Shown here in pieces: positions 27,697 through 64,000 of a stretch of 64,000 nt of DNA; position 1 is the stretch's first letter, and every line of letters starts with the position of its first letter. The stretch comes from Amoebidium appalachense (taxonomy: Eukaryota > Protista > Ichthyosporea). The stretch is taken from NCBI GenBank assembly GCA_963693365.1, contig CAVNZM010000009.1, positions 1,862,231-1,926,230 on the forward strand, read 5' to 3'. The notes under the pieces were generated by a model. The model worked only from the letters and a program-made list of their open reading frames with translations, had not been told where the DNA came from and did not search any database. A program made the position numbers and the translations under genes.

Positions 27697-27848
27697 TGAA
27701 GTTCTGGTTTCTGGATTGAAGTTCTGGTTTCTTTGAAGTTCTGGTTTCTTTGAAGTTCTGGTTTCTGGATTGAAGTCCTGGTTTCTAGATTGAAGTTCTG
27801 GTTTCTCGATTGAAGTTCTGGTTTCTGGATTGAAGTTCTGGTTTCTGG
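27697..27848. repeat. 17-20 bp minisatellite x8 (tgaagttctggtttctggat)
   Basis: Eight consecutive near-identical units. Confidence 0.9.
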
Positions 27849-28733
27849 TGAAATTCTTTTTTCTGGATTTTCTCGGTCTAAACCAAGATGATCGAATGCA
27901 TTACCAAAACATTGTCTCCAGACCACATTTCATCATTGTACCCCCTCGAGCCTTCATGGCAACCTTGACCCCCCCCTCCCCCCTCCCCCTCCTCCCCCCC
28001 CCCCCCCCCCCCCACCACCACCACCACCACCATCACCAGGGACAAGAGGTGTAGGGTGACTGAAATTTTGGTTTCTTGGCCGAATAAGATAATGCTCAAC
28101 ATGGACACAGACCAAGAAACGTCATTAATCAGGTTTTCCCTACCCTTAACCCTAACTCACACATCTTAGACTAGCAGGAAAGTTAATGTAGAAAGTGAAT
28201 CCCCGAACTACAGGAGTGGTTCGCCAATAAGACATTTTGCTTATAATTTGTGTGTCTAGCGTCTAGAACCTTTTCGGTAAAAGATGAAGCTTTTAGAGTC
28301 TGCCGAGGCTGGGGGGGGGGGGGGGGCGATGGGGAAGGAGGGGGAGGGGGAGGGAGGGGGAGGGAGGAGGAGGAGGAGGGGAGGGGGGGGGGGGGGGGGG
28401 GGGGGGGGCAGGAAGAAAGGGAAGGCCGCAAGCTGTGAATTCACGTTGCGCAACTTAAACAAAAGCACATGGCCGATAGCGAATTTTTTCCGGTTAAAAC
28501 ATCAATGAAAGCCGAAGCCTGAACGGTTTGTTTAGTTCCCCAGACAAGACGACGATCATCGTGTGTGTGTGCATGCCACAAGTCATTCTGAGAAAGAGTG
28601 TGTGTGGGTTTGGGTATGAAACGTGCTGCATTGTGAGTGAGTTGTGTGTGGATGGACCATTTCGTATTGATTTATGTGGATGTATCATAATGCCTGTGCG
28701 TATGTGTGTTTGTGTATGAGTCACGGACTCGGC

Positions 28734-28860
<127 letters not shown>

Positions 28861-28955
28861 ATGTGCATGGGCGCGCTGGGCGTGTGTTTGTATGCGGTGT
28901 GTGTGTGTATGCTTGTGCGTGCGTGCGTGCGTGCGTGTGTATGTCTGTGTACGTG

Positions 28956-29033
<78 letters not shown>

Positions 29034-29769
29034 CGCGCGCCCGCTCGCGTGTGTGTGTTTGTGTTCATTTGTGTGTTTGTGTGCGTGCTTATGTGTGTGT
29101 GTGTGTGTGTGCTCTGAGACTCGCACTTGCTTCATCAGAATATGCCTGGAGGGGGGAGGGGGGTGAGGGTGGTGGTGGTGGTCGTGGTGGTGGTGGTGGT
29201 GGTTGGGGGGGGGGGGGGGGGGGGGGGATAACGAATCCTACAGCATAAGAACCTTTTATAAATCCGAGGCCCTACCCGGGAGTCCATGTCCCCTTTATAT
29301 AAAAGGAACAAAATCATTATGAGCCTTATATCATGATCTGGTGCAAACGTTTCTTGACAAGCAGGGAGGGGGGAGGGGGGGGGGAGGGGGGGGGGGGGGG
29401 GTGAGGCGGGGAGGCTGAGTACGAAGACGGAAAACACAGCATCACAAAAGGCTGCTTTTGGACACTAATATCATGTTAATCGAGGAGGCTCCGATGGAGG
29501 GAGACACGGGGCAGAGGGGGACGGGGGGGGGGGGGGGGGGGGGGGGGAGGGCCTTACCCAGGATGATTGCTCAACATAGCATTAAATTGTTAATATGTTG
29601 GTTTATAAATTTACGTTTAGATGAACTCCTGTTGCTCCTACTGAGAAGAAGGTCCATCAGAATCTTTCACTTGCAAACCCCCCCCCCCCCCCCCCTCCCC
29701 CTCCCCCCTCCCCCCCGCCCCTCCTCTCCCCCTCCTCCCCCCCCTCCCCCCTCCCCCCCTCTCCCCCCT

Positions 29770-29800
<31 letters not shown>

Positions 29801-30849
29801 CCTCCCGTCCCGCAAATACCCAAGGGGGAAAAAAGAAAGAGAGAAAGAAAGAAAGAAACAAAAGAAGAACAAAATATACACAAAAACAACGGCAAGTTCA
29901 TCCATCCGCACTATGCCTAATCATTTACGAACAGCACAGACATAGCCTATGTCCATGGAGATGGCGACGTCCATGCACACGTACGGCGCACGGTCCAATT
30001 TGATTTGCTGTTGTCTGATTGGTTGACTTGATCTATATCTGAGGCAAGGCCTCCTCAATAGCACACCTATTTAGCCTAGGCCTTGATCTGAGGGCCTGAG
30101 CCATATTATGAATACATGTGATTATACACGAATATATATGAATGTATAATTCAAATACATAGGAATATATATAAATATAAATAAATGCATATAAATAAAT
30201 GCTACTTACGGGCAGCGCCACGGCTGCTATGCTGCGTCGTGGCAGCTCAGGCACACCCAGCCAACCAATTTGAACCAAACCGTCCCCGAAGATCGTGTGC
30301 TGAAAAAAAGCCTTTTTCGGCGGGAAGGCCCCTACGTCCGCAAAGACCCTATAGTTATCCAACCCCATGAACTTATTGTAGGTACAGTCCTGTATGTAAA
30401 ATTCTCCAGTTATAATAACTGAGTAACTGGCTCAAGCCACAAAAAAAACCCTAATATTCTGAATCTTCCCTTATCCTTTCCGGCTGGTTAGAAACAGGCA
30501 CGCACTGTTACTGTGACGCACACTCAATTTATTCGATTAAATATTCGAAAGCCCGCTGCCCAACGCCGGGCTGCTGTAGCTGGAATGTGCCAAAGCTGCA
30601 TTTCATTGGGATATAAGCTTTCTTTGTTTAGTAGTTCTATTGGTTGCTTTTCAGACATTGTTTCGCTTGCAGGTATTTAAAGGGAGATACGTGTCATTTC
30701 ATGAATTCAACTCATCCAGAAAACGCGCATACAAGCTGTTCAGCGTGCGCAAGGCATATATGTATGACTCATAAGCTAAGTCACTCACCTCATTTACAAG
30801 CCTCAGCAGTGCATACACATACAGTATACGTTGTAACATACAATGGAAG

Positions 30850-32660
30850 ATGGCCGTCAGCAAAATGTGGTCCGTGTGCATCTTCATTCTCGTGGTGGAG
30901 ATGATGGAGCGCATGACCTACTACACCTTCAGCGGCGCCCAGCGCAACCAGCTGATGATGTGGTTTAGCAGCTCGCAGTCCATCGCCATCAACTCGGCCT
31001 TCACCGTCATGTCCTACGCCGTGTGCATCTTTGGCGGCTGGCTGCAGCCGACGCAAAGCTCGGCCGCTACTGGACCATTGTTGTGTTTGCGTCCATCTAC
31101 TGCATCGGTGTGACCATGTCTGCTACCGCTGCGTGGCCCACGTTCAACAACGAGGCGCTCTACCTTTTGGGTGTGTTTGCGTTCATTGCGGTGGGGACAG
31201 GCGGCATCAAGCCCAACATCAGCAGTTTTGGCGGTGACCAGTTCGATGCAAGCAACCCTGAAGAGGCCAAGGAGCAGGAGAAGTTCTTCTCGTACTTCTA
31301 CATGATTATCAACATTGGTGCCGCTGTGTCCTACGGCTACCTGGTCACCCTGGCCACAAACGGCCAGCCCCCAGCCATCCCCCAGGAGTCTGGTTTCTTC
31401 TCCGCATACATGATAGCTGCCGGGGGCATGTTCATTGCGGTGGTGATTTTCCTCTCTGGCACCCCAAGGTACATCCGCAAGGCAGCCAGCGGTGACTCCC
31501 TGTGTGGTGCCGCCTACTATGTTTGGCACGGGGCAAGACGCAGTGTGAGGGGCGCCGTGGCACTCATTGGCTGGATCACGGCGTTTGCTTTCATCATTTT
31601 CTCTATCGCCTCTGCCTTTGCTCCCGACAGCATGGCCTACCCCATGGCCTATGCCTCTCTGGCCCTTGCCAGCGTGTGTGTCGTGTGCCTGTGTGTTGCC
31701 CACCTCAACAACGAGTTTCTTAACGGCATCCCCGACCACCCGTCCGGTATGCTCGGTCTCTCCGAGGCCAAGGACTTCTTTGCCGTGGTCCCAACCATTC
31801 TCGTTGCCAACATGTGCTTCAACATCGTCTACAACAACATGTCCGGCCCGTTCACCGTCCAGGCCTGCCAGATGGACCTTCGGGTCGGGTCGAGCCAGAT
31901 CAACGGCGCTTTCTTTAACGTAGCCGACTGCCTGGCCATTGTCGTTTTCACTCCCATTTTGGAGATGTTCGTGTTCCCCTTTGTTGCCCGCATGAAGGGC
32001 TCACCAGTCACCCGCAACCAAAAGCTCATTGCCGGCTTCATCATGGCCGCCGCAGCCATGGCCGTGGCTGCCGCAGTCGAGTATGCCCGCCAGGCTGCAG
32101 CCATTCTTCCGCTGAGCGACCCCAACAACATCTCCAACTGTGCCGGCAACCCCGCCACCAACCTCGTGGCCATGTCCGACATCAGCGGCTTCATCATGTT
32201 TGTGCCCTTCTCCATGGTCGGCATTGCCGAGATCCTCATCAACCCCGTGCTGATCTACTTCAGCTACGACCAGGTGCCCCTGCGCGTGCGCTCCCTGGCC
32301 TCGGCCTTCAACATGCTCTCTACCGGCGCCATTTCCAGCGGCTTCACCACCTGCATCACGCTGCTCATGGGCAGCTACCTGGGCGCAAACGACAACCTGA
32401 ATCACGGCGGCCACGTGCAGTACTTCTACTTCGTTGGCCTGGCCGTGGCACTGGCCGGCATTCCCCTCGTCCTGCTCACGTCCAGTGTCTATGTGGAGAA
32501 ATTGGTTTCCGACCCCAACTCTGCCACAGGGACGGAGAGCATTGCCCCCGGTGCTGCTTTGTCGACGTACACGCAGGAAGGTGCAATGGATAAGACCGAT
32601 AAGGCGGAAAGTTTTATGGTCCCGGGTGCCATGGGTGGTGCTAAGGATGTTCAACTTTAG
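30850..32660 (+). pseudogene. POT/PTR2 copy 3, frameshifted (probable pseudogene, or assembly error)
   Basis: A 2-bp insertion CA at 31045-31046 (ctgCAgccgac versus ctggccgac in copies 1 and 2) truncates the frame at 31113. Private changes Y>S, P>L, D>H, SF>LV. The putative 5'-UTR acceptor CAG is CAA here. Confidence 0.8.
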
Positions 32661-33105
32661 AACTGCTAAATTGACTTTCCTAAATTTTATATCTGAAGAA
32701 GTGGTATAGTTCGTATGGTATCGCGCAACTTGTTTAGACTATGATTGTTTTACGCAGCGAATGTTGTGAAAAGAGTTGATGATTCGAACAGCTAGTACTG
32801 GATGCAGCTGTTTCTCCGGAGGTGTTGGGTACAGAAATAGGTACCCCAGTGAACTGTTTAACAGTCAATATTAATTCTATCTTTGCCTGAATATGTTCAG
32901 TATGATAAAACACACAGAAGAATTCCGAATCACAGAAACGGCTAGTTTCGAATAATCAACTTAAACCAAAAGCCATCAATTCCCCCCACCTTGTTCCCCG
33001 GCAACCCCCCCCCCCCCTCCCCCCCCCCCCCCCCCCCTCCCTCCCTCCCTCCCTGGGCCTCCCCCCCACCCCCCACCCCCCCCCCCCCCCGAAAAATATC
33101 AAAAT

Positions 33106-33267
<162 letters not shown>

Positions 33268-33676
33268 CAGTGTATTATGCACCGAATGCCGTTACACGAG
33301 TCTAAGTTTCCGAATATCTGCACTGGATGCAGTTTTCTACCGGTCCCAGAGGTGCTGGGCACTTTCTTTCTTTTAAATGTATCATTGCGGGTTTTACATT
33401 TAACACACAACGTCTACAGAGCCAACCGAGCATCCCACCTTCCCCCTCCCACCCTGTCACGGGATTTTTTTGCACGGGCAAGGTTATGCACTAGATTGTT
33501 TCCCTAGACTGTATGGAAAAAGGCTGGGCCTCACCTTGTTCGAAATGGAGTTCTGTCCCTGTTCTGTTTTTCTGAATGCTTTTTGCCCTCTTTAGGTGCT
33601 TCTGTGTTTCTATGTAGGATTTCCGCTCTATGCTGAATATCTTCACCAAGTCGATTCCAACCTCCACCTGCATTAA

Positions 33677-33714
<38 letters not shown>

Positions 33715-33989
33715 CCCCTCCCCGTTTAAGGAGGACATAAAACTGGCTATCTTTGGCTGCCCAAAAAATACTAGAAACTCAACAAAACAGCCATAATAAT
33801 GATTGGTCACCTGTATTTCATTTTTTAAATGCTAAAACTTTGACCAATGAGCACGAAGGGGCCCAGTGAACACCCAACTAACACAACAATCCAACTATTA
33901 CATCAACCGTCTGTGCGAAATTTTCCTGTGACACCCCCTCCCCCCACCAACACATCCCGTCCTCCGAATCCTGTTCCCCTCGTATCCAT

Positions 33990-34028
<39 letters not shown>

Positions 34029-34565
34029 CCCCGGCCACAGTACCCACCTCCACCCAACGTATGCGACCTCCCATTCCAAGAACAACCGGCCTCAATAGCA
34101 TTCACCTGAACTAGACTGGCCTCTAATATTACCATCAGAAGCTCGGTTGCAAAGACACCCATCTTTTGGCAAGCAGGTGTTACTAGTAGGGGTCGATTTC
34201 GTAGATAGGTTTATTTTGTTTTATTTTAAAATCATGGTCCTGTTTTGTCCCAGGAAAAGGTTTGAAACCCCAAAGAGGCCCCATAGGGGTTACAGCCTAC
34301 CGGCCTCTTTGACTTAACACTAAGTGTATCCTACGTACTACTAGGGTGAAAAAGGTGCATTCAGCTAAGCCAACACAGCCTAACCAATCCCAACTACTGC
34401 ATTGTACACTGCCTACGAGGTTTGCTCCAGCCTCGATAGACAAATTTACGTTTATTATTTAAGTTATTTGGTAAGGATTGTGTGAGTTAACATGGGGAGC
34501 ATGGTTCTGGGGAGGAAGAGAGAGGTGCGGGCGGGCGGGGCGGGCGGACGGGCGGGCGGGCGGGG

Positions 34566-34615
<50 letters not shown>

Positions 34616-35589
34616 TTCAATCCGAGTAGTATAAGCAGCCGCATTTGTGTGCACGTGTGTGTGCACGACACTGGCCCAGTGCGTGTTTGTGTGTTGGAAG
34701 TCATTTGGCAAAGGGGGAGGGCGGGGGGCCCCGGGAACAAGGGGGGGGGGAGAGGGAGAGGAGGGGAGGGGGGGGGGGGGGGGGGGGAGACGGGAGCAAG
34801 CTCTGCCTGTTGCTGTGTGCAAAATTTAAAAGTTTTTAAAGGTAGCACCTGTTTGGGTGGTTGCAGAGAGCTGGGTATTACAGGCCGGCCTACGTAGTAA
34901 ACAATATGTACATGTGGCTGTGTGTAGTCCTGATATCTGCTACTGCACTACAACAGCTCTTTTTTTTTTTAATTTGGGGGGGGGGGGGGAGGGGGGGGGA
35001 GGGGGGGGGGGAGAAGGGGGGAGCCTGGGAGAGGTACGTTTAGGTGGGTGGGTTATATGGAGGGGAGCGCGAGGAAGGGGGGGAAGGGGAGGGGGGGGGG
35101 ACGGAGGAGGGGCAAACAATACCAAACACATAAACATACAGACCCGGCGCCTACGCGCGCACACACACACACGTCCAGTGACCCATCCGTCCACCCACCG
35201 CGAGCACAGTCACACCAGGGAAACACTGAATATTGTCTTATTTTCGACACAACACGGTTGTGTTAACGGAGTTTTTCCCCCTTGCTCACGTGGGCCTTAA
35301 GTGAGTCCTCATTGATGAACATTTAATACAGTTGTGCGGTGGAATTAGTACATAATGGTTATTTTTTTTAGACACATCCATATTCCTACTTTTTTTTTGT
35401 GTGTTTTATAAAAACTATAGGGAAATATTTACAGGCTCGCTCACCACTAACCAGCCCATTCGGGGGCAAAAAAAAAAATGCTTATGCGTGTTCAGTCATA
35501 GTGTGTTCAACTATAAAAGGACCATTCGACTTTATTCAAAAAAAAATAAAAAATCCCGGGGGGTAACAATGCTAGAAGCACATATTCAT

Positions 35590-45134
<9,545 letters not shown>

Positions 45135-45749
45135 GATGGCTAAGTACTAGCACCCGTAAATTTGCATTTTCCGTTTTCCTAAAGTTTTTTTCTGGCAGCT
45201 ATATCTATTCTTTTCCTTTTTTCTTCTGTCTCTTTTCTATGTTTTACAAGAAACGGTGGTGTAGGTGCAAACGAGGTTTCCAATAAAAATCGTGCAGCAA
45301 CAAAAGAACACACAACTATCCGGGAGAAAGTGTGCCTCAGGCTAGATAGAAAGGCAGCATGAATATTTTCTTGTTGCACTAAGCTGTTATAGACGTCTTT
45401 TCACGTTACGGTTTCAGCTTTGAACAACATCTCCATCTGAGGTAAGGTCATTGACTCAAGCGCGCGGTTGCAGAGGCACAGCGTTCACACAGGCGAATTA
45501 GTGGACGATGTGTGACTGGCTTACTTATTATTCTTTGGGCTTGATGATTGGTTTATCACTAATCACTAATGATTGAATATTGCTAATGACACTTAGTGTA
45601 AAATTCATTAGCAGCCGAAGCAAAGCAGCATAATGTCTAGGCTATCTCACTGCATTTGTGAAGGCATTGTTTTTGGTGTCGCGTTGTGGCAAAACCAATG
45701 ATTTAGAAAGGTTGAGGTTGGATGCTTTTATAGCATGATTTAGAACAAA

Positions 45750-59874
<14,125 letters not shown>

Positions 59875-59969
59875 CTATCTCCCCCCCCCCCCCCCCCCCC
59901 CCTTCCCCTGGTCACACACACCCACACCCACCCCACCTACCCCCCCCCCCCCCCCCCCCCCCCCCAAAA

Positions 59970-60011
<42 letters not shown>

Positions 60012-60721
60012 CACACACACACACACACCGCCTACCTTCCACGGCCAAACAGGTTCAACTTGTACTGTGTAGAATAAATAACTAATATAGTGGCGATACA
60101 TTTATTAGGACTGAAATGTGTATGAAGGCAACATGCGTTTATTTTATCGAAGGTGAAACATTATGTGTGATTAGAGACTGATCAGAAGCGAATTGTAAAA
60201 ACGACACGATGATAGTAACTCCATTTTGGTTGTGAAGGTATTATGTAGGCTACATAATAATATGAATATGAGATGTGCGTTGTAAATGACATTGTGAGGC
60301 TGAACCTCCCTGTGTATGTTGTATGAATGAATTCCCTGAACTATTCACAAGGCTGGACATACGTTGTGTATACACATGAATTCCGTAAATTCAAAACTGG
60401 TGTTCGTCTTTGTAACAGTTTGTGTGTGTGTGTGTGTGTCAGTCTGTGTGTGTGTGTGTGTGTACCTATAGCTACTGCACACGTGTGGCCATCATGATGG
60501 GTGGTGGGTGGATGATTGGGTGGGTGATGGTGCAGGTTGCAAACGTGGTGGTGTACGCGTGCTAAGTGTGTAAGCGTTCGCTGTGTGTGTGTGACCGTGC
60601 GTGCAAGTGTCATCGGACTGCGTGCCTGCATGCTGGTGTGTGTGTGTGTGTGTGTGTGTGTTTAATACGGTGGGTGGGAGGAGGAGGAGGAGGGGGGGGG
60701 GGGAGGGGGGGGGGGGGGGGG

Positions 60722-60915
60722 TGAAACACCTTGCACTCTTTGCAAACTTCTCCATGTGTGTGTGTAGGGGGGGGGGGGGGGGGGGGGCTGAAACACCTTG
60801 CACCTCTTTGCAAACTTCTCCATGGGTGTGTGTGGTGGTGGGGGGGGGGGGGGGGGGGGGGGGGAGGGGAGGCTGAAACACCTTGCACCTCTTTGCAAAC
60901 TTCTCCATGTGTGTG
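60722..60915. repeat. About 40-bp repeat x3 separated by poly-G
   Basis: gaaacaccttgcacctctttgcaaacttctccatgtgtgtg at about 60723, 60790 and 60875. Confidence 0.85.
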
Positions 60916-61599
60916 CATTGGGGGGTTACGCTGTTTACTCGAAGGCACAGAGACCAGTCTCAGTACTGTATATATAGGTGCGAGGGGCTTTATATGTGAA
61001 TTCGTCGGTTTGTGTGTGTCTGTGTGTTTTGGGGGGGGGAGGGGGGGCACTGGTGCGGTGCAGCCGCTTGGTTAGCTTCGAATTCAGTACGGGTACACAA
61101 AGAAATGCGGCATGCAAAGAAGTAGCTGCCACTTTGTATGTAAGGGGAGGGGGGCTGACTTGTGTGGGTGTCTCTTCATTTAACTTTTGTCGTGTGTGTA
61201 TGTGTGTGTGTGGGGGGGGGGGGGGGGGGGGGGGGGGGGTTTAATGCGTCATAAAGTACGAAGTACACAAGAACAAACGGATAACAAGATGCAGGGGGGG
61301 GGGGGGGGGAACAGTGGAGTGGCAGACGAGTCTTTCAATTCACTTTCAGAAGTCATTTATTTCCCCATACGAAAGTGCACCACAGGCACACCAGCATTAC
61401 ACTCATTGACCAGAAGGGTAATAAAATTCTTCCTACAGTTTGATTTAAGCTCGCAGATAGGGTGTTGAACTACACATGAAGTGTAGAGCACACACATTCT
61501 GGGAGTTGGGGCCACCATAGAGCCAGAAGGCCTGTGTAGCCATAGAGTGGGCCAACTTCCGGTAGAAGGCGACAGGCAAAGCGCAGACCGGCGATGAAA

Positions 61600-64000
61600 T
61601 CAGCGACCCAAAGCAGACGACAAAAAATGACGGCACGCGGGAAGAAAACGACGATGGCATACACGCCCCTTAGTACACACGACGGATGTTGATTCGGCAA
61701 GACTCCCAAACGATGAAGAAGCAGATAAAGACGACAAAATAGCACACACCCAGAAACGACGAAGAAGCAAAAGAAGCGATGAAAGAAGAAAAAAACAAGG
61801 ACGACAGTTGAGGCCCAGATATGACAAAGAAACAGAAGAACTGACGATGAAGCACACTCCCCATATTACACGTGACGTGACGAATGTTGACTGGGAAGAT
61901 TCTCAAAAAGACGGGAAGACGCAAAACACGACAGCATACACACGAGGAGACACACACAAAGGAGGAAGAAACACGAACAACTAAGGTGACACCCAGAAAT
62001 GACGAAGAGGCAAAAGAAGCGACGATGAAGTACACTCCCCATAGCACACGTGGCGAATGTTGATTCGGCGAGAACCACAACCTGATGAAGAAGTAAAACA
62101 CGGACACACGGGGGAGACACCCAGAAATGACGAAGAAGCGGCGATGGAGTAAATTCCCATAATACACGTGGCGAACGTTGATTCGGCAAGACTCCCAAAA
62201 TGATGATAAAGCGACAAAACAGCACACACCCATGAACGACGAAGAAGCAAAAGATGCGACGAAAGAAGAAGAAAACGACAACAGCCGAGGCCCAGAGATG
62301 ATGAAGAAGCGACGATGACGGAGAAGACGAAGATACCATAGCAGAGGCCCAGATATGACGCAGAAAGATGAAGGACGATGAATCCGATGGACTCCCGAGG
62401 GAAGAAGCAGCAAAAGAAACACGACAACAAAAAAAGAGGAGGCCCAGAAATGACGGAGAAGGTTACACCCGTATCTAAGAAACTTCCATCCAACCAAGAA
62501 GCGAAAGATGACCGAAACAACATAGGCACAGAGATGACGGAGAAAAAGGGGTAACCAGAAATGGCTGAGGAAGATGACGGATGCCGGCCATCGGAAGGAC
62601 TCCAACAAAAGAAGGCGATTAGACACCCAGTAATGACGAAGGAGCAAAATGAGCAGCGAAGACGCAAAAAACAGAAGACGACAAAAAAGGCAGAAGCCCA
62701 GGGAGGATGCAGACCGAGACAGGTTCGACGAAGAAGCACAAAGGTGACGACAAAACAGTGCAGGCCCAGAAACGACGACAAATGATACACCCGAATAGGG
62801 ATTCCCAAGCGACGAAGAAGAGACGGAAAAATTCTGGGCGAAGACAGGCAGGCGCCGTGAAAAATGTTGAATCCGAAGGACTTCCTTCATTGCTCACAAA
62901 ATACAGCAGAGGCCCACAGTGACGAATGAAGAAGAATGTTGAAAGGGACGCCCTCCCTACCGACAGCCGAAGAAGAAGCAGAAGACGAGAACCAGCACAG
63001 GCCCAGAAATGACGAAAGAAGATGGCACCGAAGACAACCAAAAGAGATTCGCCAAACAAACGGCACACCACAAGAAGCAACGAAACAACACAATGACACC
63101 TTGACGACGACGCCGAGACAAAACAGCCAAAAATCCGATTCAGCAGTAGAGCCGGGAAAGGTTTGAAAGCACAAGAGGCAAAGGTGATGTTGCGCGATGA
63201 CCCCTGCCAAAAATGCATCCACACCAAAATGACAAAACAGCAGGCCCATGTTGCACACAGGGCCCACATCCACGGAGAAGTACGAACCCATGCACGTGGT
63301 GAAGCCGTGGAAGGATGTGTTGCACGTGCACACCTGCAGATGTCCCACCCAAGGATGCGGCACGAGAGACCCACAAAGGGTGACAAAACACGCATTGAGT
63401 GACAAGGTGAACCCGCCGACAAAACACACTTAAGTGACGAAGTAGCCCAGGTGTATGAGTGACGCTGCACAAAAAGACGACACCAAGACTCAACCATGAA
63501 GGAAGCGACAAAGAAACACAAACACCGACGAGTAGAAGAACCCGCTGGAGAAACCGCGCACCGAAGGAGATTTAACCACAACCACAAAAACATGAACTGC
63601 CACACGTCGGAGACGACCAAGCAGTACAAACCCGCCAACGAGGAAACCCCACACAGGGGAGACTGCATAGAACACTGACGTTGAAGACCCCAGCCGACAA
63701 AAAAAAAAAAAAAAACACGGCTGCTGAAAGCGAAGGACCTCGCAAAATGGACATCCATTATGATAGGGCAAGAATCATAAGATGGACTAGGGATGACGAC
63801 ATTCTCAGCACATAAATTTGTGACGATAAACCCGAAGACAGAAACCCCAGAAGGCAGGAAAACGATGCCGACACCCGAGAAAATGAGGAACTAAAAGAAT
63901 GAACAAGGAACTCCGACGTGAGATGTGGCCTGACGGCCGGTAAACTGACGATGCAGCTTGAAGACAGCACGTACATGATGGATACGTACACGCAAAACAC
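61600..64000. repeat. A-rich, T-poor degenerate repeat region of unknown class, running off the window
   Basis: Recurrent cccagaaatgacgaagaagc and cacgtggcgaatgttgattcggcaagactccc motifs; lacks the poly-C/G and CA tracts typical of the rest of the window. Confidence 0.55.

Noticed and set aside
28137-28157. Telomeric repeat
   Set aside because: Only two or three degenerate CCCTAA-like units.
61670-63758. 275-406 aa minus-strand ORFs as membrane proteins
   Set aside because: Open in several frames because of base skew; low complexity with no motifs.

Overview
Eukaryotic, intron-rich, microsatellite- and homopolymer-laden genomic DNA, probably from a non-animal protist or opisthokont (inference). 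Nearly all ORFs in the supplied track are translations of poly-C/G, (CA)n and (CT)n tracts. Manual phase-consistent splicing gives four multi-exon genes: MRI1 (12 exons, minus); a meiotic PTD/SPO16/SCRE-like ERCC1-fold gene head-to-head with it (8 exons, plus), whose reading frame closes best through a U12-type AT-AC intron; an AVT/SLC38-type amino-acid transporter (9 exons, minus); and an ARMC5-like ARM+BTB gene (11 exons, plus) with 130 uninterrupted CAA codons. Three intronless-CDS POT/PTR (SLC15) peptide-transporter paralogues are interspersed: one canonical, one altered at substrate-binding tyrosines, one frameshifted. There are also several minisatellites, a dispersed intronic repeat family, MITE-like ends and an unexplained A-rich degenerate repeat at the right end. 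Family assignments come from recalled motifs, not database searches.
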